Of a stretch of DNA of 64,000 bases, positions 1-10,595 are shown in pieces. The DNA comes from Planctomycetota bacterium. Its GTDB lineage: Bacteria > Planctomycetota > UBA8108 > SXIK01. Within the stretch, counting starts at the first letter, position 1, and each line of letters begins with the position of its first letter. Where the stretch lies: NCBI GenBank assembly GCA_965223265.1, contig OZ244999.1, positions 4,224,001 to 4,288,000 on the forward strand, written 5' to 3'. Under the pieces are notes generated by a model. That model was not told the origin of the DNA. It saw nothing but the letters and a program-made list of their open reading frames with translations, and did not search any database. A program made the translations under genes and the position numbers.

Positions 1-137
1 ATGACGCGCGCGCCGAGAGACGTTGACGCTGACTGGGAGAGTCTTTGGGCGTCATTGACGTTTGAAACCCGATAACCACCCGTGACTGAGCTGGTGATTG
101 CACTCGCCGCAGACGCAGGCAGAGACGGAGATACGAG

Positions 138-1004
138 ATGGACTCCTCATGCTCAACGCGCACTCGCTCTTCAGCGACAGTCAACAGACTCGCATGGGCG
201 CTCTCGGTTGTACTGATCTCTGGGACTGCGATCGCGGAGGAATCATTGTCCTCCGAGAGCGCCCAGATGCGGCTCTATGACCCAGTGGCCAGTGGTCGTG
301 CCGCGTCGAACTTCCTTCCGTCACTCGCAATCGACTCCAACGCTCGCACAAGGCACCCCGACGAAGGAAGTCGCCCACGTCTCGAGATCGACGTGCCGTG
401 GAGTTTTCCTCACGAATTCCACGACGGGACCTCCATCGGTCTCGGTGCGGCGGAAGTTTCGCTGACATCTCCGGCGTTTAGATGGAAGGCGGCGAATCTG
501 CAGTTGACATCAGTGCCACGAGTTGAATTCGCCAACCCCGAGTTCACGGTCGATCCGGACTTCGTCGGCGACGCGACAGAACTGGGCGCGCCCATGGCGC
601 TCGAGGTCGAGGTCGGATCGCTAACGTTCGGGCAAGAGATGACCCTCGTGACGACCGAAGAGAGCACCGACTGGGCGTCAAGCCTTCAAGTCTCCTGGGA
701 CCCCATCGACTCCTTCGCAGTGGGGTTGGAGACGCAAGCGTTGGCAGGTGGTCGCCGAGAGGTCACAGAGTGGAGTTACGAACTTTCCGTTAGCCTCGCC
801 GTCAGTGCGAACACAGAGCTCCTTTTGGAACTGGAGGGGCGCGTAGATCACCGTTTCAGCGACGAGAGTCACGACGGTTTTCTATCGATGCGGCGGAGGT
901 TGAACACGAAGACGCACTTCTTCGCGACCCTGGGCTATCTCGCGGACGTCGAGGAGGACGAAGGCGCGTTGTTGGGTTACGTGGGATTGAGTTTCGACCT
1001 GTGA
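138..1004 (+). CDS. Secreted, probable outer-membrane beta-barrel protein
   Basis: N-terminal signal peptide (RLAWALSVVLISGTAIA), alternating hydrophobic strands, C-terminal GYVGLSFDL resembling a beta-signal. Confidence 0.55.
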   Translation: MDSSCSTRTRSSATVNRLAWALSVVLISGTAIAEESLSSESAQMRLYDPVASGRAASNFLPSLAIDSNARTRHPDEGSRPRLEIDVPWSFPHEFHDGTSIGLGAAEVSLTSPAFRWKAANLQLTSVPRVEFANPEFTVDPDFVGDATELGAPMALEVEVGSLTFGQEMTLVTTEESTDWASSLQVSWDPIDSFAVGLETQALAGGRREVTEWSYELSVSLAVSANTELLLELEGRVDHRFSDESHDGFLSMRRRLNTKTHFFATLGYLADVEEDEGALLGYVGLSFDL

Positions 1005-1053
1005 GGATGATTCTGCTGAAGTCTCTGTTCAGCGCACACGTTCTCGAGATATC

Positions 1054-1737
1054 ATGACACCTGAAGTTTCAGTTTGTATCCCAAAGCCAAGTCACCCTCC
1101 GTGCGCCGCGTGCGGGAGCTTGCTTCAGGTGGAATTGTCGAAAGAACCGGGCGACGCGCGAGCCGAGACTAGCTACGAGGCGGCGGCTCTCCAACATCTC
1201 ATGGAGCGGGTCGTCAATCGAGATGACCAAGCGCTCGCTGCACTTTACGACGCGACGATCAACTGGATCCTTGCGCTCATCACAAAGATCGTGTCGGACG
1301 CGCATGTCGCGGAAGAAGTCGCTCTCAACGTTTACCATCAGGTCTGGGAGAAAGCTGCGGATTACTCGAAACGGCGGGGCAGTGTGCAGGCATGGCTCGC
1401 GACGATGGCGCGCTCGAGAGCGATCGATCGCGTTCGCGCCGCGGCACCCAAGAACCGTCGTGAGGTTCTTGTCGGTGAGCTGCCGGAGACCGGCAAGGAG
1501 CTGAGCAGCTCGGCGCCATCGATCGAGTCAGGCGTGGGGAAGCACGTCCTCGATGCCCTCGAAAAGCTGCCCGATGATCAGCGTCGTGCAATTCACTTGG
1601 CTTTCTACGGCGGACTCACGCATCACCAGATCGCCGGATCGCTCAAGCAACCCCTTGGCACTGTGAAAACTCAGATTCGATTGGGTATGATGAAACTGCG
1701 GAGGATTCTCAGTCCTTCACTCTTGGAAGAGCTTTAG
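1054..1737 (+). CDS. ECF sigma-70 family RNA polymerase sigma factor
   Basis: Region 2 motifs (DQALAALYD, AEEV...VW, WL.TMARSRAID) and region 4 (LPDDQRRAIHLAFYGGLTHHQIA...PLGTVKTQIRLG); start uncertain. Confidence 0.9.
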   Translation: MTPEVSVCIPKPSHPPCAACGSLLQVELSKEPGDARAETSYEAAALQHLMERVVNRDDQALAALYDATINWILALITKIVSDAHVAEEVALNVYHQVWEKAADYSKRRGSVQAWLATMARSRAIDRVRAAAPKNRREVLVGELPETGKELSSSAPSIESGVGKHVLDALEKLPDDQRRAIHLAFYGGLTHHQIAGSLKQPLGTVKTQIRLGMMKLRRILSPSLLEEL

Positions 1738-1745
1738 GAACTGCG

Positions 1746-2432
1746 ATGACTGTCATGGACGAGACGAGGCAACAACCTTCTGAGCACCCCGAGAGCTGCG
1801 CGCGTTATGTGCGTGAAGCGGCTGAGGAGAGTGCCTCGCTCTACGTGTTGAGGAGCCTCTCCGACGAAGAGACCGTCGAATTTGAACGTCATCTCAAGAG
1901 CGGCTGCACGTTCTGTGAGGGGGAGGTTTCGAAAAACATGGAGGTCATCGGCGAGTTGGCTCGAAGTGAGACGCCGCTGATCGCCCCGATAGGACTGCGG
2001 GAGCGCCTGCTCGAGCGAGTGCGCGAAGAAAAAGAAGAGGCACAAAAAGAACCGGCCGACGAGTCGCTGATCCAGCAAGGTGCCGGACCCGCCACGCGCG
2101 CGGTAGCTGGCGTGTACGTAGTCCGTGGCGGCCAGGGAGACTGGCGTGAAACGGGATGTCCGGGGGTACGCTACAAGACGCTTTCCGTCGATGAGGAGCG
2201 CCGCTACGCAACGATGCTCGTACAAATGGATGCGGGCGCGTCCTACCCTTCGCATCATCACGCGGGTGTCGAAGAGTGCTACGTCCTCGAGGGTGACGTT
2301 CAGCTTGGGGATACGGTGCTGCGTCCGGGCGACTTTCAATACGCCGCGGAAGGCTCGGACCACATCGTACAGTCGACGCGGGAAGGGTGCTTACTCTTGG
2401 TTGTCGCCTCGCAGGACGACGAGGTGCATTGA
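1746..2432 (+). CDS. ChrR-like anti-sigma factor (zinc anti-sigma domain plus cupin)
   Basis: HLKSGCTFC zinc motif, cupin motif YPSHHH.GVEECYVLEG, directly downstream of the ECF sigma gene. Confidence 0.85.
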   Translation: MTVMDETRQQPSEHPESCARYVREAAEESASLYVLRSLSDEETVEFERHLKSGCTFCEGEVSKNMEVIGELARSETPLIAPIGLRERLLERVREEKEEAQKEPADESLIQQGAGPATRAVAGVYVVRGGQGDWRETGCPGVRYKTLSVDEERRYATMLVQMDAGASYPSHHHAGVEECYVLEGDVQLGDTVLRPGDFQYAAEGSDHIVQSTREGCLLLVVASQDDEVH

Positions 2433-2550
2433 CAGCCTGCTTGAGGTCGCCACGTCGACGGCAGCATCGACTCGGGGGCGCGTGCCTGTCGCGCAGAACG
2501 CGTGTCACGCTGCTCCGCGAACGATCGCTCGAAACTTCAGTCTTCGGCGC

Positions 2551-4002
2551 TCACGCCAAGACTTCGTCCACCACCCTCCCGTAAACATCCGTCAGGCGAA
2601 TGTCGCGGCCGCCGTGGCGGTATGTCAGGCGTTCGTGGTCGAGCCCGAGGAGATGCAGAATCGTCGCGTGCAGGTCGTGGATGTGCACTTTGCCCTCGAC
2701 GGTGCGATAGCCGAGCTCGTCGGTGTCGCCATGGACGAAGCCGCCCTTGACGCCACCGCCGGCCAGCAACACTGAGAAGCCGACCTGGCTGTGGCCGCGC
2801 CCGTACGTCTTCGGTGGCTTCTTACCACGCGAGAGATCCTGGTCGAACGGCGTGCGACCGAACTCGCCGGCGCAGACGAGGAGTGTGTCTTCAAAGAGAC
2901 CACGCCGGCGCAGATCCTTGATCAAACCGGCGATCGGCTTGTCATGCGAGGCGCACGATCGAGGTAGGTTGGAGCCGATGCCTTCGTGGTGATCCCACCC
3001 ACCCGTATACACCTGCACGAACCTGACGCCGGCCTCCGAAAGACGCCGCGCCACCAAGAGCGAGCGCCCGAAGATATCCGTGGGTTTCTCGTCAATGCCA
3101 TAGAGCGCGCGCGTCTCAGCGGATTCGCGAGAGATGTCGACGATGCCATCGGTTCGCGCCTGCATCCGGAACGCCAGCTCATACGAATCGATCAGCCCTT
3201 CGACGGCCGGATCGGCGACAGCGCGATCGAGGTGGCGGCGGTTCAGAGACCTCAGCAACTTCTGCTGGCGTGTTTGCTGTTCTTCGCTGAGCCTGTCGCT
3301 CTTCAAGTGGCGGACGGTGTAGTTCGGTTTGCCTTCGAGCTTCGTCCCCTGATGGATTGCCGGCAGAAACGCACTGCCAAAACTGAAAGGATGTCCATCG
3401 ATGGTGACGAACGCTGGGAAGTTGCGATTCTGGGTGCCCAGGCCGTACGACGTCCACGCGCCGAGCGACGGCTGGACGAGAAAAGGCGAGCCGCAAAAGA
3501 GCTGCCGAATGGCCGGCGTATGCGCAGGATTGTCTGCGACCATGCCGTTGAGGATCGTCAGCTGATCGATCTGCGTCGCCAAATGAGGCAGCAAGTCGCT
3601 CAGCCAAATACCCGCCTCACCACGGCGACGGAAGTTCGCTATGGGGCGCAGCAGCTTGGTCGACTCGAACCCTTCGGTTGTGAACTCGTTGTCGTGCGCA
3701 ATGCTTGGCGGTGGCGCCTCACCGTGGTGTTTGGCGAGCTCGGGCTTGTGCTGGAAGAGATCGACCTGCGACGGCCCGCCGGCGAGAAAGATAAAGATGA
3801 CCCTCTGCGCCCGGGCGCGGAAGTGACCCGGCCGCCCCGCCAATGGATCTGCCGCGGGCGTCGCAGCAGCGGCCTCCTCTTGCAGCATCGCGGCGAGCGC
3901 CAACATACCAAAGCCGCACCCCGACGACCTCAGCAGCTCACGACGCGATAGGACCGGCGCGATTTGGCCGCAAGGATATCGTTGACTCTGAAGCTGTGTC
4001 AT
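2551..4002 (-). CDS. DUF1501 (sulfatase-like) Tat-exported protein
   Basis: SRRELL Tat motif, VIFIFLAGGPSQVDLF, GWDHH, GEFGRTP, HIHDLHATILHLLG typical of Planctomycete DUF1501. Confidence 0.9.
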   Translation of the reverse strand: MTQLQSQRYPCGQIAPVLSRRELLRSSGCGFGMLALAAMLQEEAAAATPAADPLAGRPGHFRARAQRVIFIFLAGGPSQVDLFQHKPELAKHHGEAPPPSIAHDNEFTTEGFESTKLLRPIANFRRRGEAGIWLSDLLPHLATQIDQLTILNGMVADNPAHTPAIRQLFCGSPFLVQPSLGAWTSYGLGTQNRNFPAFVTIDGHPFSFGSAFLPAIHQGTKLEGKPNYTVRHLKSDRLSEEQQTRQQKLLRSLNRRHLDRAVADPAVEGLIDSYELAFRMQARTDGIVDISRESAETRALYGIDEKPTDIFGRSLLVARRLSEAGVRFVQVYTGGWDHHEGIGSNLPRSCASHDKPIAGLIKDLRRRGLFEDTLLVCAGEFGRTPFDQDLSRGKKPPKTYGRGHSQVGFSVLLAGGGVKGGFVHGDTDELGYRTVEGKVHIHDLHATILHLLGLDHERLTYRHGGRDIRLTDVYGRVVDEVLA

Positions 4003-4047
4003 CGCGATTCCATCGTCATCGGTCAGCAGTCATCAGTCAGCCATCGT

Positions 4048-6549
4048 TCAATCGTGCAGAAGAAACTCTGTTGAGATGAGAACCGCATGGCACAAGCGTG
4101 TCAATGCAGCCTTCTCCTCATCCGCTTCGTTCGCGCCTTCTGCTGCGGCGCTGGCGGACTCTTTCGCGGTGGCCTGTGACGCGGCCAGGAACTCCAATCC
4201 CTCCTGAATCTCCTCCGCACGCCCGGGTCGACCAAACGCAAACAGGTAGATCCTGTTGATGCGCTCAGCGTCTGACCGCTTCGATTCCGCCAAAAGACGA
4301 TCCGCGAACTCTCTCGCGTGCTTCGACGCAAACGGCGAATTCAGCAGGTAGAGCGACTGTGTGGGTACGATGCTTGACTGGCGAGCACCCACGATATCGT
4401 TTGGAGAAGGAAAGTCGAATTGCCTGAGCGGATCACCCGCATCGAAGCGCAGCGCTGCACGCGACACCGGCAGAAAGACACTCCGCGCCTGCAGCACCTC
4501 CGTGCGCACTCCTTTGGTGTTACTGATCTGGTCGAACTGTGCGACCTCCTGGGTGTTCCATTCCGCAGGCGGTAAGGTCGGACCTGCCGCGATCGCGCTC
4601 AGGCTACCGCTGATCTTTAGGATCGAGTCGCGAATCGACTCGGCGTCGAGGCGCCGCGGCGTGTGCCGCCACAGGAACCGATTGTCCGGATCGATCGACC
4701 AGGCGATATGATTGTGCGCACTCGAGAGTCGATACGTGCGACTGAGAACGATCTCGCGAACCAGGCTCTTAAGTCGCCAACCACCGGCGACGAATCGCTG
4801 CGCGAGTGCATCGAGAAGCTCGGGATGGCTGGGCGCCTCGCCGCGTGCGCCAAAGTTGTCGACCGTTCGCACGATCCCGGTACCGAAGAGGTGATGCCAC
4901 ACGCGGTTGACGAACACCCGCGCGACGACCGGGTTTCGTCGGTCGACGAGTGACCGCGCGAGCTCGAGCCGTCCGCTCGCAGTCCCAGGAATCTCCTCCG
5001 CGGCGCTGAGAAGGCGCGGCATGCCACGGGCGACTTCGGCGCCGAGTTGACGCGCGTTGCCGCGAATCGTGATGCGCGTGTTCGTCGGACGTGCCGGCTC
5101 CATTGCGGCGAGAACGGTGGGCGGGCGCGGCGCATTAGCCTTGACGTGATCTCTCAGGGTTTTCTCAAGCTTCGACACTTCACTCTTGAGCTTGCTCGAG
5201 GCCTCGTCTTGCTCAGCCGAGCTCTCTGCTGAGTCACGTGCAGAATCACGTGCCAAATCACGAGCCGAGTCACGCGCCGCGGCGACCAAACGCTCGAGCT
5301 CGGCGCGTTTGGCCGCGAGTTGAGCTTCGATCTCGGCGGTGCGGGCCTGATGCAGCGCCGTCAGCCTCTCGCGCTCAATTCTTTCGTTCGCCGACTCCGG
5401 AATTGGCTGCCGCAACCAGTCGCTAAAGACGCCGGAGACGCCGCGAAAACCGTTCAACACTTGAACGTTTTGCAAAATCCCGGCGAGAGCGTAGTAGTCT
5501 TCGAGCGCGACAGGGTCGAACTTGTGATCGTGGCAGCGGGCGCAGCCGAAGGAGACGCCGACGAAGACGCGGCCGATCTTGTCGACCTGGTTGTCGACGA
5601 TATCCATCCGCAGCTGGGCCTTGTACTGGTTGACGAGGTTCATGGGTCCGAGTGTCAGGAACTGCGTCGCCACGATCTGCTCGGCGCGCTCAGCGTCACT
5701 CGTGTACGGCAGCAGGTCGCCCGCAATCTGCTCGACGATGAAGTGATCGATGGGGCGATCCTCGTTGAACACCCGGATCACGTAGTCGCGATAACGCCAC
5801 GCGCCGCGGTTCGGGAAGATGCGTTCAGCGTCGAGCGAATCGGCGTACTGGACGAGATCGAGCCAGTGTCGTCCCCAACGCTCGCCAAAACGAGGCGAAG
5901 CGAGGAGGCGGTCGACGATGCGTTCGTAGGCATCCGGAGCCATGTCGCTCAAAAACTCGACGACGTCCGCAGGTTCAGGTGGCAGGCCGGTGAGATCAAA
6001 AAAAAGGCGCCGCAGCAAGGTGGGTTTGTCGGCGGCGGGGTTCTCCTTGAGCGACTTCTCGGCGCGCTTCGCATCGACGAGCTCGTCGATGCGACCGGCG
6101 CGCTCGAGGAGCGGCCGAAACGCCCAAGTCTTCCGCGCCGACGCGATGTCGATCCCGCGCGCCCGCGCGGCCGGTTCATCGTCTCGCGGATCTGGGGCGC
6201 CCATCGCGATCCACGCGTCGAAGTCGTCGATCACGTGCTCGGGCAACTTGTCGTCTGGAGGCATCTTGAGGTCGCCGTGACGAAGCGCGGCCAGCAAGAG
6301 GCTTTCGTCCGGCTTCCCAGGCACGAGAGCCAAGCCTGAGTCACCGCCGCGCCGCACACCTGCCCGCGAGTCGAGTCGCAGCCCACCACGCACGTCCTTA
6401 GCGCTGGCGGAATGACAGCCGTAGCAATGCTCGATGAGGACCGGGCGGATCTTCTTTTCGAAGAAGTCGATGCGCCCATCTTCGACAACACCGGGATCGG
6501 CTTCTGCAGGGGCTCCGAGCAGGCTGAGGGTGACGACGACGGTGATCAC
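4048..6549 (-). CDS. Planctomycete cytochrome c / DUF1549 / DUF1553 protein
   Basis: FFEKKIRPVL..HCYGCH, GERWGRHWLD, CARCHDHKFDP, PSHPELLD motifs; AGGAG RBS before GTG start; paired with DUF1501. Confidence 0.92.
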   Translation of the reverse strand: MITVVVTLSLLGAPAEADPGVVEDGRIDFFEKKIRPVLIEHCYGCHSASAKDVRGGLRLDSRAGVRRGGDSGLALVPGKPDESLLLAALRHGDLKMPPDDKLPEHVIDDFDAWIAMGAPDPRDDEPAARARGIDIASARKTWAFRPLLERAGRIDELVDAKRAEKSLKENPAADKPTLLRRLFFDLTGLPPEPADVVEFLSDMAPDAYERIVDRLLASPRFGERWGRHWLDLVQYADSLDAERIFPNRGAWRYRDYVIRVFNEDRPIDHFIVEQIAGDLLPYTSDAERAEQIVATQFLTLGPMNLVNQYKAQLRMDIVDNQVDKIGRVFVGVSFGCARCHDHKFDPVALEDYYALAGILQNVQVLNGFRGVSGVFSDWLRQPIPESANERIERERLTALHQARTAEIEAQLAAKRAELERLVAAARDSARDLARDSARDSAESSAEQDEASSKLKSEVSKLEKTLRDHVKANAPRPPTVLAAMEPARPTNTRITIRGNARQLGAEVARGMPRLLSAAEEIPGTASGRLELARSLVDRRNPVVARVFVNRVWHHLFGTGIVRTVDNFGARGEAPSHPELLDALAQRFVAGGWRLKSLVREIVLSRTYRLSSAHNHIAWSIDPDNRFLWRHTPRRLDAESIRDSILKISGSLSAIAAGPTLPPAEWNTQEVAQFDQISNTKGVRTEVLQARSVFLPVSRAALRFDAGDPLRQFDFPSPNDIVGARQSSIVPTQSLYLLNSPFASKHAREFADRLLAESKRSDAERINRIYLFAFGRPGRAEEIQEGLEFLAASQATAKESASAAAEGANEADEEKAALTRLCHAVLISTEFLLHD

Positions 6550-6625
6550 GCGACTCTCTCCTTTCTAAGCGCCATTGTCAGCGATTGGAGAGATTGGATC
6601 AACCGGATCGAGATTCGATGTCGGA
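6517..6625 (-). promoter_or_regulatory. Repeated sigma70-like promoter/RBS module, copy 1
   Basis: Minus strand TTGATC (6602-6597), 17 nt spacer, GACAAT (6579-6574), then AAAGGAGAGAG and GTG start; homologous to 7925-8045 and 39549-39690. Confidence 0.6.
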
Positions 6626-6771
6626 ATCTTCAGCTAGCTCGAGCTTGGGAAGTCACATGACATGATTCTGTGGTCGACAGATGAACAGAGATCCACGGAT
6701 CTCCGAGCCGGTCGGATCCGGTCAAGAACCGGAGCTTTCGCGAGAACGGAACCTGAAACTCGTACGTCTTC

Positions 6772-7859
6772 TCAAACAATATTCGGCACAACTTCGCGTG
6801 CGAACAGTTCAAGATTCCGAATCCACTTCTCGCGATCGTCCCAGTCGTGGGCTACAAGCACCAGCGTGCCGAACGGTCCGATTCTCTCACGAAGGGCATT
6901 GATGCCGCGAGTGACTTCGTCAGGGTCGCCGACAATGAATACTTCATCGCAGAAGTAATCCAGATTGCATTCCTCGTCAGGCATGTCGGGCGTCCGCCGC
7001 CACATTTCGAGTCCTGGGCCGCGGCGCGTCAACTCGAGAATGTACTCAATGCATTTTCCCATCGAGTTTGTGCGGGCAAGCCGTTTCGCCTCCTCGGTTG
7101 TGTCGGCCACAAAGATATTGCGCGAAACACACCAATCGTTCAGGTTCGCTTCCCGTCCAGCTGATTCGGCCCCCTCCGTGTACGTCTTCCAGTGGTCGAG
7201 CAAAACGTCCTCGGAAACCATGTGATGGCTGATCGGCAGGAACCCGCGCGCTGCCGCGGCCCGCATACCTACCGAGCCTCGACTAATGGAGGGAAAGTGA
7301 ATCGGGGGATGCGGCCGTTGGAGCGGTTTGTGCAGCCCGCCCAGCCCCACTTCCGCGTCGAGATTTTCCTTCAGCGTCAGGTTCCAAAACTGCCCTTTGA
7401 GTTCATACGGCGCGTCGCTTGTCCAGATCTCCAAGATCATGTTGATGGCTTCGACGACCCGCGGCCCCATGTCTTTGGGATCGACACCGTACATTTCCAT
7501 GTCCGTCGGAATGGCTCCCGGCCCGAAGCAAATGTTCAACCTGCCATGCGATAGGTGATCAAGGAACGCCAGCCTGCTGGCGACGTGGGCCGGGTGATGA
7601 TACTGAAGGCAAACGGGCGCTGGACCCAATCGAATCGACTTCGTGAGGCCCAATGCTTTACCGATAAAAACTTCGGCATGACGATGTTTTCCACCGTCGA
7701 TGAATGGTGCTCGCCGACCCAAAAGTCGCTGAAGCCCAACCTCTCGCAGATCTCGACCAGTTCCAGATCTTCGTCGAAACACTGTGCCATGGGCTTGTTC
7801 GCGTCGTGCACCGGCATCAGGAACATCGCCAGACGCAACGGCTGGCCACTCATGGACAT
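6772..7859 (-). pseudogene. Luciferase-like (LLM class) flavin-dependent monooxygenase with a single-base frameshift near 7674
   Basis: ORF 7536..7913 gives LAMFLMP...GFSDFWVGEHHS...ENIVMP and ORF 6772..7782 continues EVFIGKALGLTKSIRLG; adding one base in ATGCCGAAGTT restores MPEVFIG. May be a sequencing error. Confidence 0.8.
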
Positions 7860-7924
7860 CGACAAGTCCCTTGTTCTTCGGGGTTCACGTCGGTTTACCC
7901 ACTCCGGTGACACTTCTGCCGGGG

Positions 7925-8045
7925 GTCACGACCAGACACCACCGGCCCTCTCCTTGGTTTTCGATTGTCGGCGATCGGAGAGGTCGGATCAACGGGGTCG
8001 ACATTCGAGCTTGGACTCTCTGGTTGAGGAAGCCACGATCTTCCC
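7925..8045 (-). promoter_or_regulatory. Repeated sigma70-like promoter/RBS module, copy 2
   Basis: Minus strand TTGATC (7992-7987), 17 nt spacer, GACAAT (7969-7964), AAGGAGAG; shares the identical stretch GATCGGAGAGGTCGGATCAACGGGGTCGA with copy 3. Confidence 0.6.
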
Positions 8046-8456
8046 GGATTTGTCAATCGTACAAGCGTCGGAGTGACGGCTAGTGGGATTCGTCAGGCTC
8101 GGGAAGCCTCAGAGGGTCCCCTTCGGTGGGCGTAGAGATGTGCTTGTTTCCGCCCAGGCCGTCAACCCACTTGCGCCTGCCCACGTTCCTGGCTTTGCCT
8201 CGGCACCGGTTTGCCTTGACACCGGCGCGTGGCATGGGATGATGCCGCGACGACGAAGAGATTCTGTCGGCTTCTTCACGCGTTCGGCAAGACTTGCCCG
8301 ATCGTTTCAGCACTATTCTTGTTCACGGTTTTTCCTCAGTCATCACGCCGTCAACGCTGACCGCTTCGGCTGTGTGGGACAAAATGGAAAGACCCACGTT
8401 GTCTTCAAATCGCAAACTTTTGTAGAGCTCTTTTCACGGTAATCTCAACCCAGACC

Positions 8457-10403
8457 ATGACCGAAAAAATGACCTCGCAACCGCCACTCTCTGACGCTAT
8501 TGAATCAACCATCGCGACACTCCCTACGCACATGCAGGAGTGGGTCCGACAGGAAGCTGCCCTGTGCAAACCTGACGCCGTCGAGGTCATCACCGGCAAA
8601 GCAGATCAGATCATCAGACTCGAGAACGAACTGGAGGCATCCGGGGCGTACACGCGTCTGGACGAGAGCATCTATGGCAAGCGCACCTTCTTCGCCCGGA
8701 GCGACAAGGGCGACGTCGCCCGCGTCGAGGAACGCACTGTCATCTGCACGGAGGACCCTGTCGACGCCGGCCCGCTGAACTTTTGGGTGGATCCCAAGGA
8801 GATGCACGGCAAACTCGACAAGCTTTTTGACGGGGCCATGAAGGGGCGCACGATGTACGTGGTGCCGTTCGTCACCAACCCCGCGGACAGCCAGTTCGCC
8901 ACCGCCGGCGTGCAGCTGACGGACAGTTCCAACGTCGTCTGCAACCTCTACCGAATGAGCAACCTTCACGACGGTTGGCGCATCCTTGAGAAGCAGACTC
9001 GCTACCCCCGCATCACCCACAGCTACGGGACGCTCAGCCAGGAAGATCGGTGGATCACCCACTTCCCCAAAGAGCTCTATTGCCGCAGCATCAACAGTGA
9101 CTACGGCGGCAACGCGCTCGGCCCTAAGAAGATCTTCGGCCTACGCCTCGTCGGCATTCAGGCGCTGGAGAACGCCCAGAAGAAATCCCAGCCCGATGAG
9201 GACGTCGGCATCGAGGTCGTCGAGCACATGGCTCTGTTCGGCATCGACTACGGTGACCGCCGCATCCACTTCGGCGCCGCCTTCCCCAGTATGTGCGGCA
9301 AGACCAATATCGCCACCGGCGTCGCGGAAGGCCCCATCGCTGCTGCAGGCCACCGCGTCTTCGCGCTCGGCGACGACATCATTGGCGGCGCGACCAAGAA
9401 GGGCGACGGCAGGCTGTACGTCAACAACATCGAGGCGGGCATGTTCGGCGTCACCATGGGCATGAGCGACTTCGCCAACAAGATGCTCATGGAAGCGCTG
9501 CGCAATCCCAAGCCGGAAGTCCAGGACTTCGAAGGTGGCCCCATCTTCACCAACCAGGTCCTCGTCGATAAGAACGGTAGCAAACAGGTCTGGTGGAGCG
9601 AAAGCGGCGAAGACTTCCCGCAAGGCGACGGCATCACCACTTGGAACTGGCTCGGTGAGGAAATCGATGCCTCGGCCGAGCAGAAGGACCAGAAGAACGC
9701 TCGCGTCACGATGCCCATTCGCAACGTGCCGCACCTGGACCCTGACTACAGCAACAACGACGGTGTGGCGCTCGACGTAGCCCTCATCGGCGGGCGATCG
9801 AGCAAGCTGCATCCGCTGATCAGTCGCGCCCGCACCTGGAACGAGGCCGTCTACCACGCGCTGTGCCAGTTCAGCGAACCGACCGCAGCCGCCGTCGGGC
9901 AGAAGCCGCGCTACGACCCGATGGCGAATCGCCCCTTCATCGCCTTCAATATCAGCGACTATGCCGAGAAGTGGCTGGACCTCCCCAAGAAGACGCCAAA
10001 ACCGCCCGCGGTCTACAGTGTCAACTGGTTCCGCCGCGATGACGATGGCAAGTTCATCTGGGATGGCTTCGGCGCAAACTACCGGGTCCTCGACGCCGCC
10101 GTCCGCCAGCTGGAAGGTAAGGACACATGGGAGGAGACTCCTATCGGCCTGGTTCCTAAGCCCGAGCACATCGATATCACCGGTCTCAAGTACACCAAGA
10201 CCACCGAGCAGCTCGCCGAGATCCTCCTCCCCGATCAAGAAGCCCTCAAGCGCGAAGTCGCCAACCGCGAAGGCTGGCTGAACGAGCTCGAGAACGGCTT
10301 GGAGAAGGGCAGCGAGGGCCGCGGTGCGCCGAAGAAGCTTCCCCAGGCCATCTGGGACGAACACGAAGCCTTCAAGAAGCGTGTCAGTGAGTACTGCGAA
10401 TAG
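8457..10403 (+). CDS. pckG: Phosphoenolpyruvate carboxykinase (GTP)
   Basis: DVARVEERT, GRTMYVVPF, GVQLTDS, YGGNALGPKK, EHM, AAFPSMCGKTN, GDDI, VNWFRRDDDGKFIWDGFG motifs; strong codon bias. Confidence 0.92.
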   Translation: MTEKMTSQPPLSDAIESTIATLPTHMQEWVRQEAALCKPDAVEVITGKADQIIRLENELEASGAYTRLDESIYGKRTFFARSDKGDVARVEERTVICTEDPVDAGPLNFWVDPKEMHGKLDKLFDGAMKGRTMYVVPFVTNPADSQFATAGVQLTDSSNVVCNLYRMSNLHDGWRILEKQTRYPRITHSYGTLSQEDRWITHFPKELYCRSINSDYGGNALGPKKIFGLRLVGIQALENAQKKSQPDEDVGIEVVEHMALFGIDYGDRRIHFGAAFPSMCGKTNIATGVAEGPIAAAGHRVFALGDDIIGGATKKGDGRLYVNNIEAGMFGVTMGMSDFANKMLMEALRNPKPEVQDFEGGPIFTNQVLVDKNGSKQVWWSESGEDFPQGDGITTWNWLGEEIDASAEQKDQKNARVTMPIRNVPHLDPDYSNNDGVALDVALIGGRSSKLHPLISRARTWNEAVYHALCQFSEPTAAAVGQKPRYDPMANRPFIAFNISDYAEKWLDLPKKTPKPPAVYSVNWFRRDDDGKFIWDGFGANYRVLDAAVRQLEGKDTWEETPIGLVPKPEHIDITGLKYTKTTEQLAEILLPDQEALKREVANREGWLNELENGLEKGSEGRGAPKKLPQAIWDEHEAFKKRVSEYCE

Positions 10404-10595
10404 ATGAGCTGAAGAGAAGGACGGTTCCCGCGCCTGATGGGCCCGAGTCTGGAGGCGGCCGATGGTGGGCTGTCCTGCTAGTTGGCAGAAAAAGTCCTCC
10501 GGATCTTCTAAGTGACGATTCTGGGATCCTTCGTCAGCGCACTGAGCGTGCCTGCGGAGCAAGCTCTGATGGAATCACAGCGATCACGTACTACT

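Noticed and set aside
5228-5280. 12-nt tandem repeat
   Set aside because: Encodes a low-complexity ARDS/ARDL linker in a coiled-coil; in frame and degenerate, not a phase-variation tract
9141-10562. Long antisense ORFs (also 2986-3951, 5320-6339, 34352-35494, 55969-56901)
   Set aside because: Shadow frames of GC-rich genes with clear family motifs on the opposite strand
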